A DNA stretch of 64,000 bases from NCBI GenBank assembly GCA_045627045.1, contig JAZQMY010000054.1, forward strand, positions 19,629 through 83,628, written 5' to 3'. A program made the position numbers and the translations under genes. The notes below the pieces were generated by a model. The model did no database searches. It saw nothing but the letters and a program-made list of their open reading frames with translations, and had not been told where the DNA came from. Shown here one piece after another: positions 63,915-64,000 of the stretch. Positions within the stretch are counted from its first letter, which is position 1. Each line of letters starts with the position of its first letter. This stretch comes from Clostridia bacterium (GTDB taxonomy: Bacteria > Bacillota > Clostridia > HGM11327).

Positions 63915-64000
63915 ATGGCTTCAGAATATGAAATCAAAAAAGAGATCTGTGAAATCGGTAGGCGTATATACAACAGATGCATGGTTGCCGCAAATGATGG
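63915..64000 (+). CDS. Class II aldolase (fuculose/rhamnulose-phosphate aldolase type), 5' end only
   Basis: AAGGAG RBS; MASEYEIKKEICEIGRRIYNRCMVAANDG resembles the N-terminus of GRM5 aldolases. Confidence 0.75.
   Translation, partial: MASEYEIKKEICEIGRRIYNRCMVAAND

Noticed and set aside
1-64000. rRNA, tRNA, CRISPR, transposase, integrase or prophage genes
   Set aside because: None recognised by eye; tRNAscan-SE and Infernal would be needed to exclude small RNAs

Overview
Origin-proximal 64 kb of a spore-forming Clostridia-like (Bacillota) chromosome. It begins with dnaN (partial) and dnaA, then a minus-strand parE-parC-ABC-F-cysK-mnmA block in place of the usual rpmH-rnpA-yidC cluster, and a perfect parS site. 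Housekeeping and accessory content follows: a tandem MutS4-like ATPase pair, sporulation genes (yunB, gerW/ytfJ, ytfI-like, spoVB-like), carbohydrate enzymes (SASA esterase, nagA, GH106, three TIM-barrel isomerases, Gfo/Idh/MocA), a regulator plus potABCD, polA, an in-frame coaE-ahcY fusion with mtaD, a two-component system, a trigger-factor-like lipoprotein, a yybP-ykoY riboswitch ahead of a Ca/Na antiporter, and the start of a GRM5-type glycyl-radical propanediol dehydratase microcompartment locus. The best candidate for an undescribed system is a sigma-less partner-switching operon (LytS-5TM/HAMP/PP2C/RsbW sensor, Mesh1-like HD hydrolase, STAS-kinase fusion, STAS). A DAACS transporter elsewhere in the window carries an apparently inactive RsbW-like domain and could be one of its outputs. 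I saw no rRNA, tRNA, CRISPR array, transposase or integrase. All calls are from reading the sequence by eye; no searches were run.
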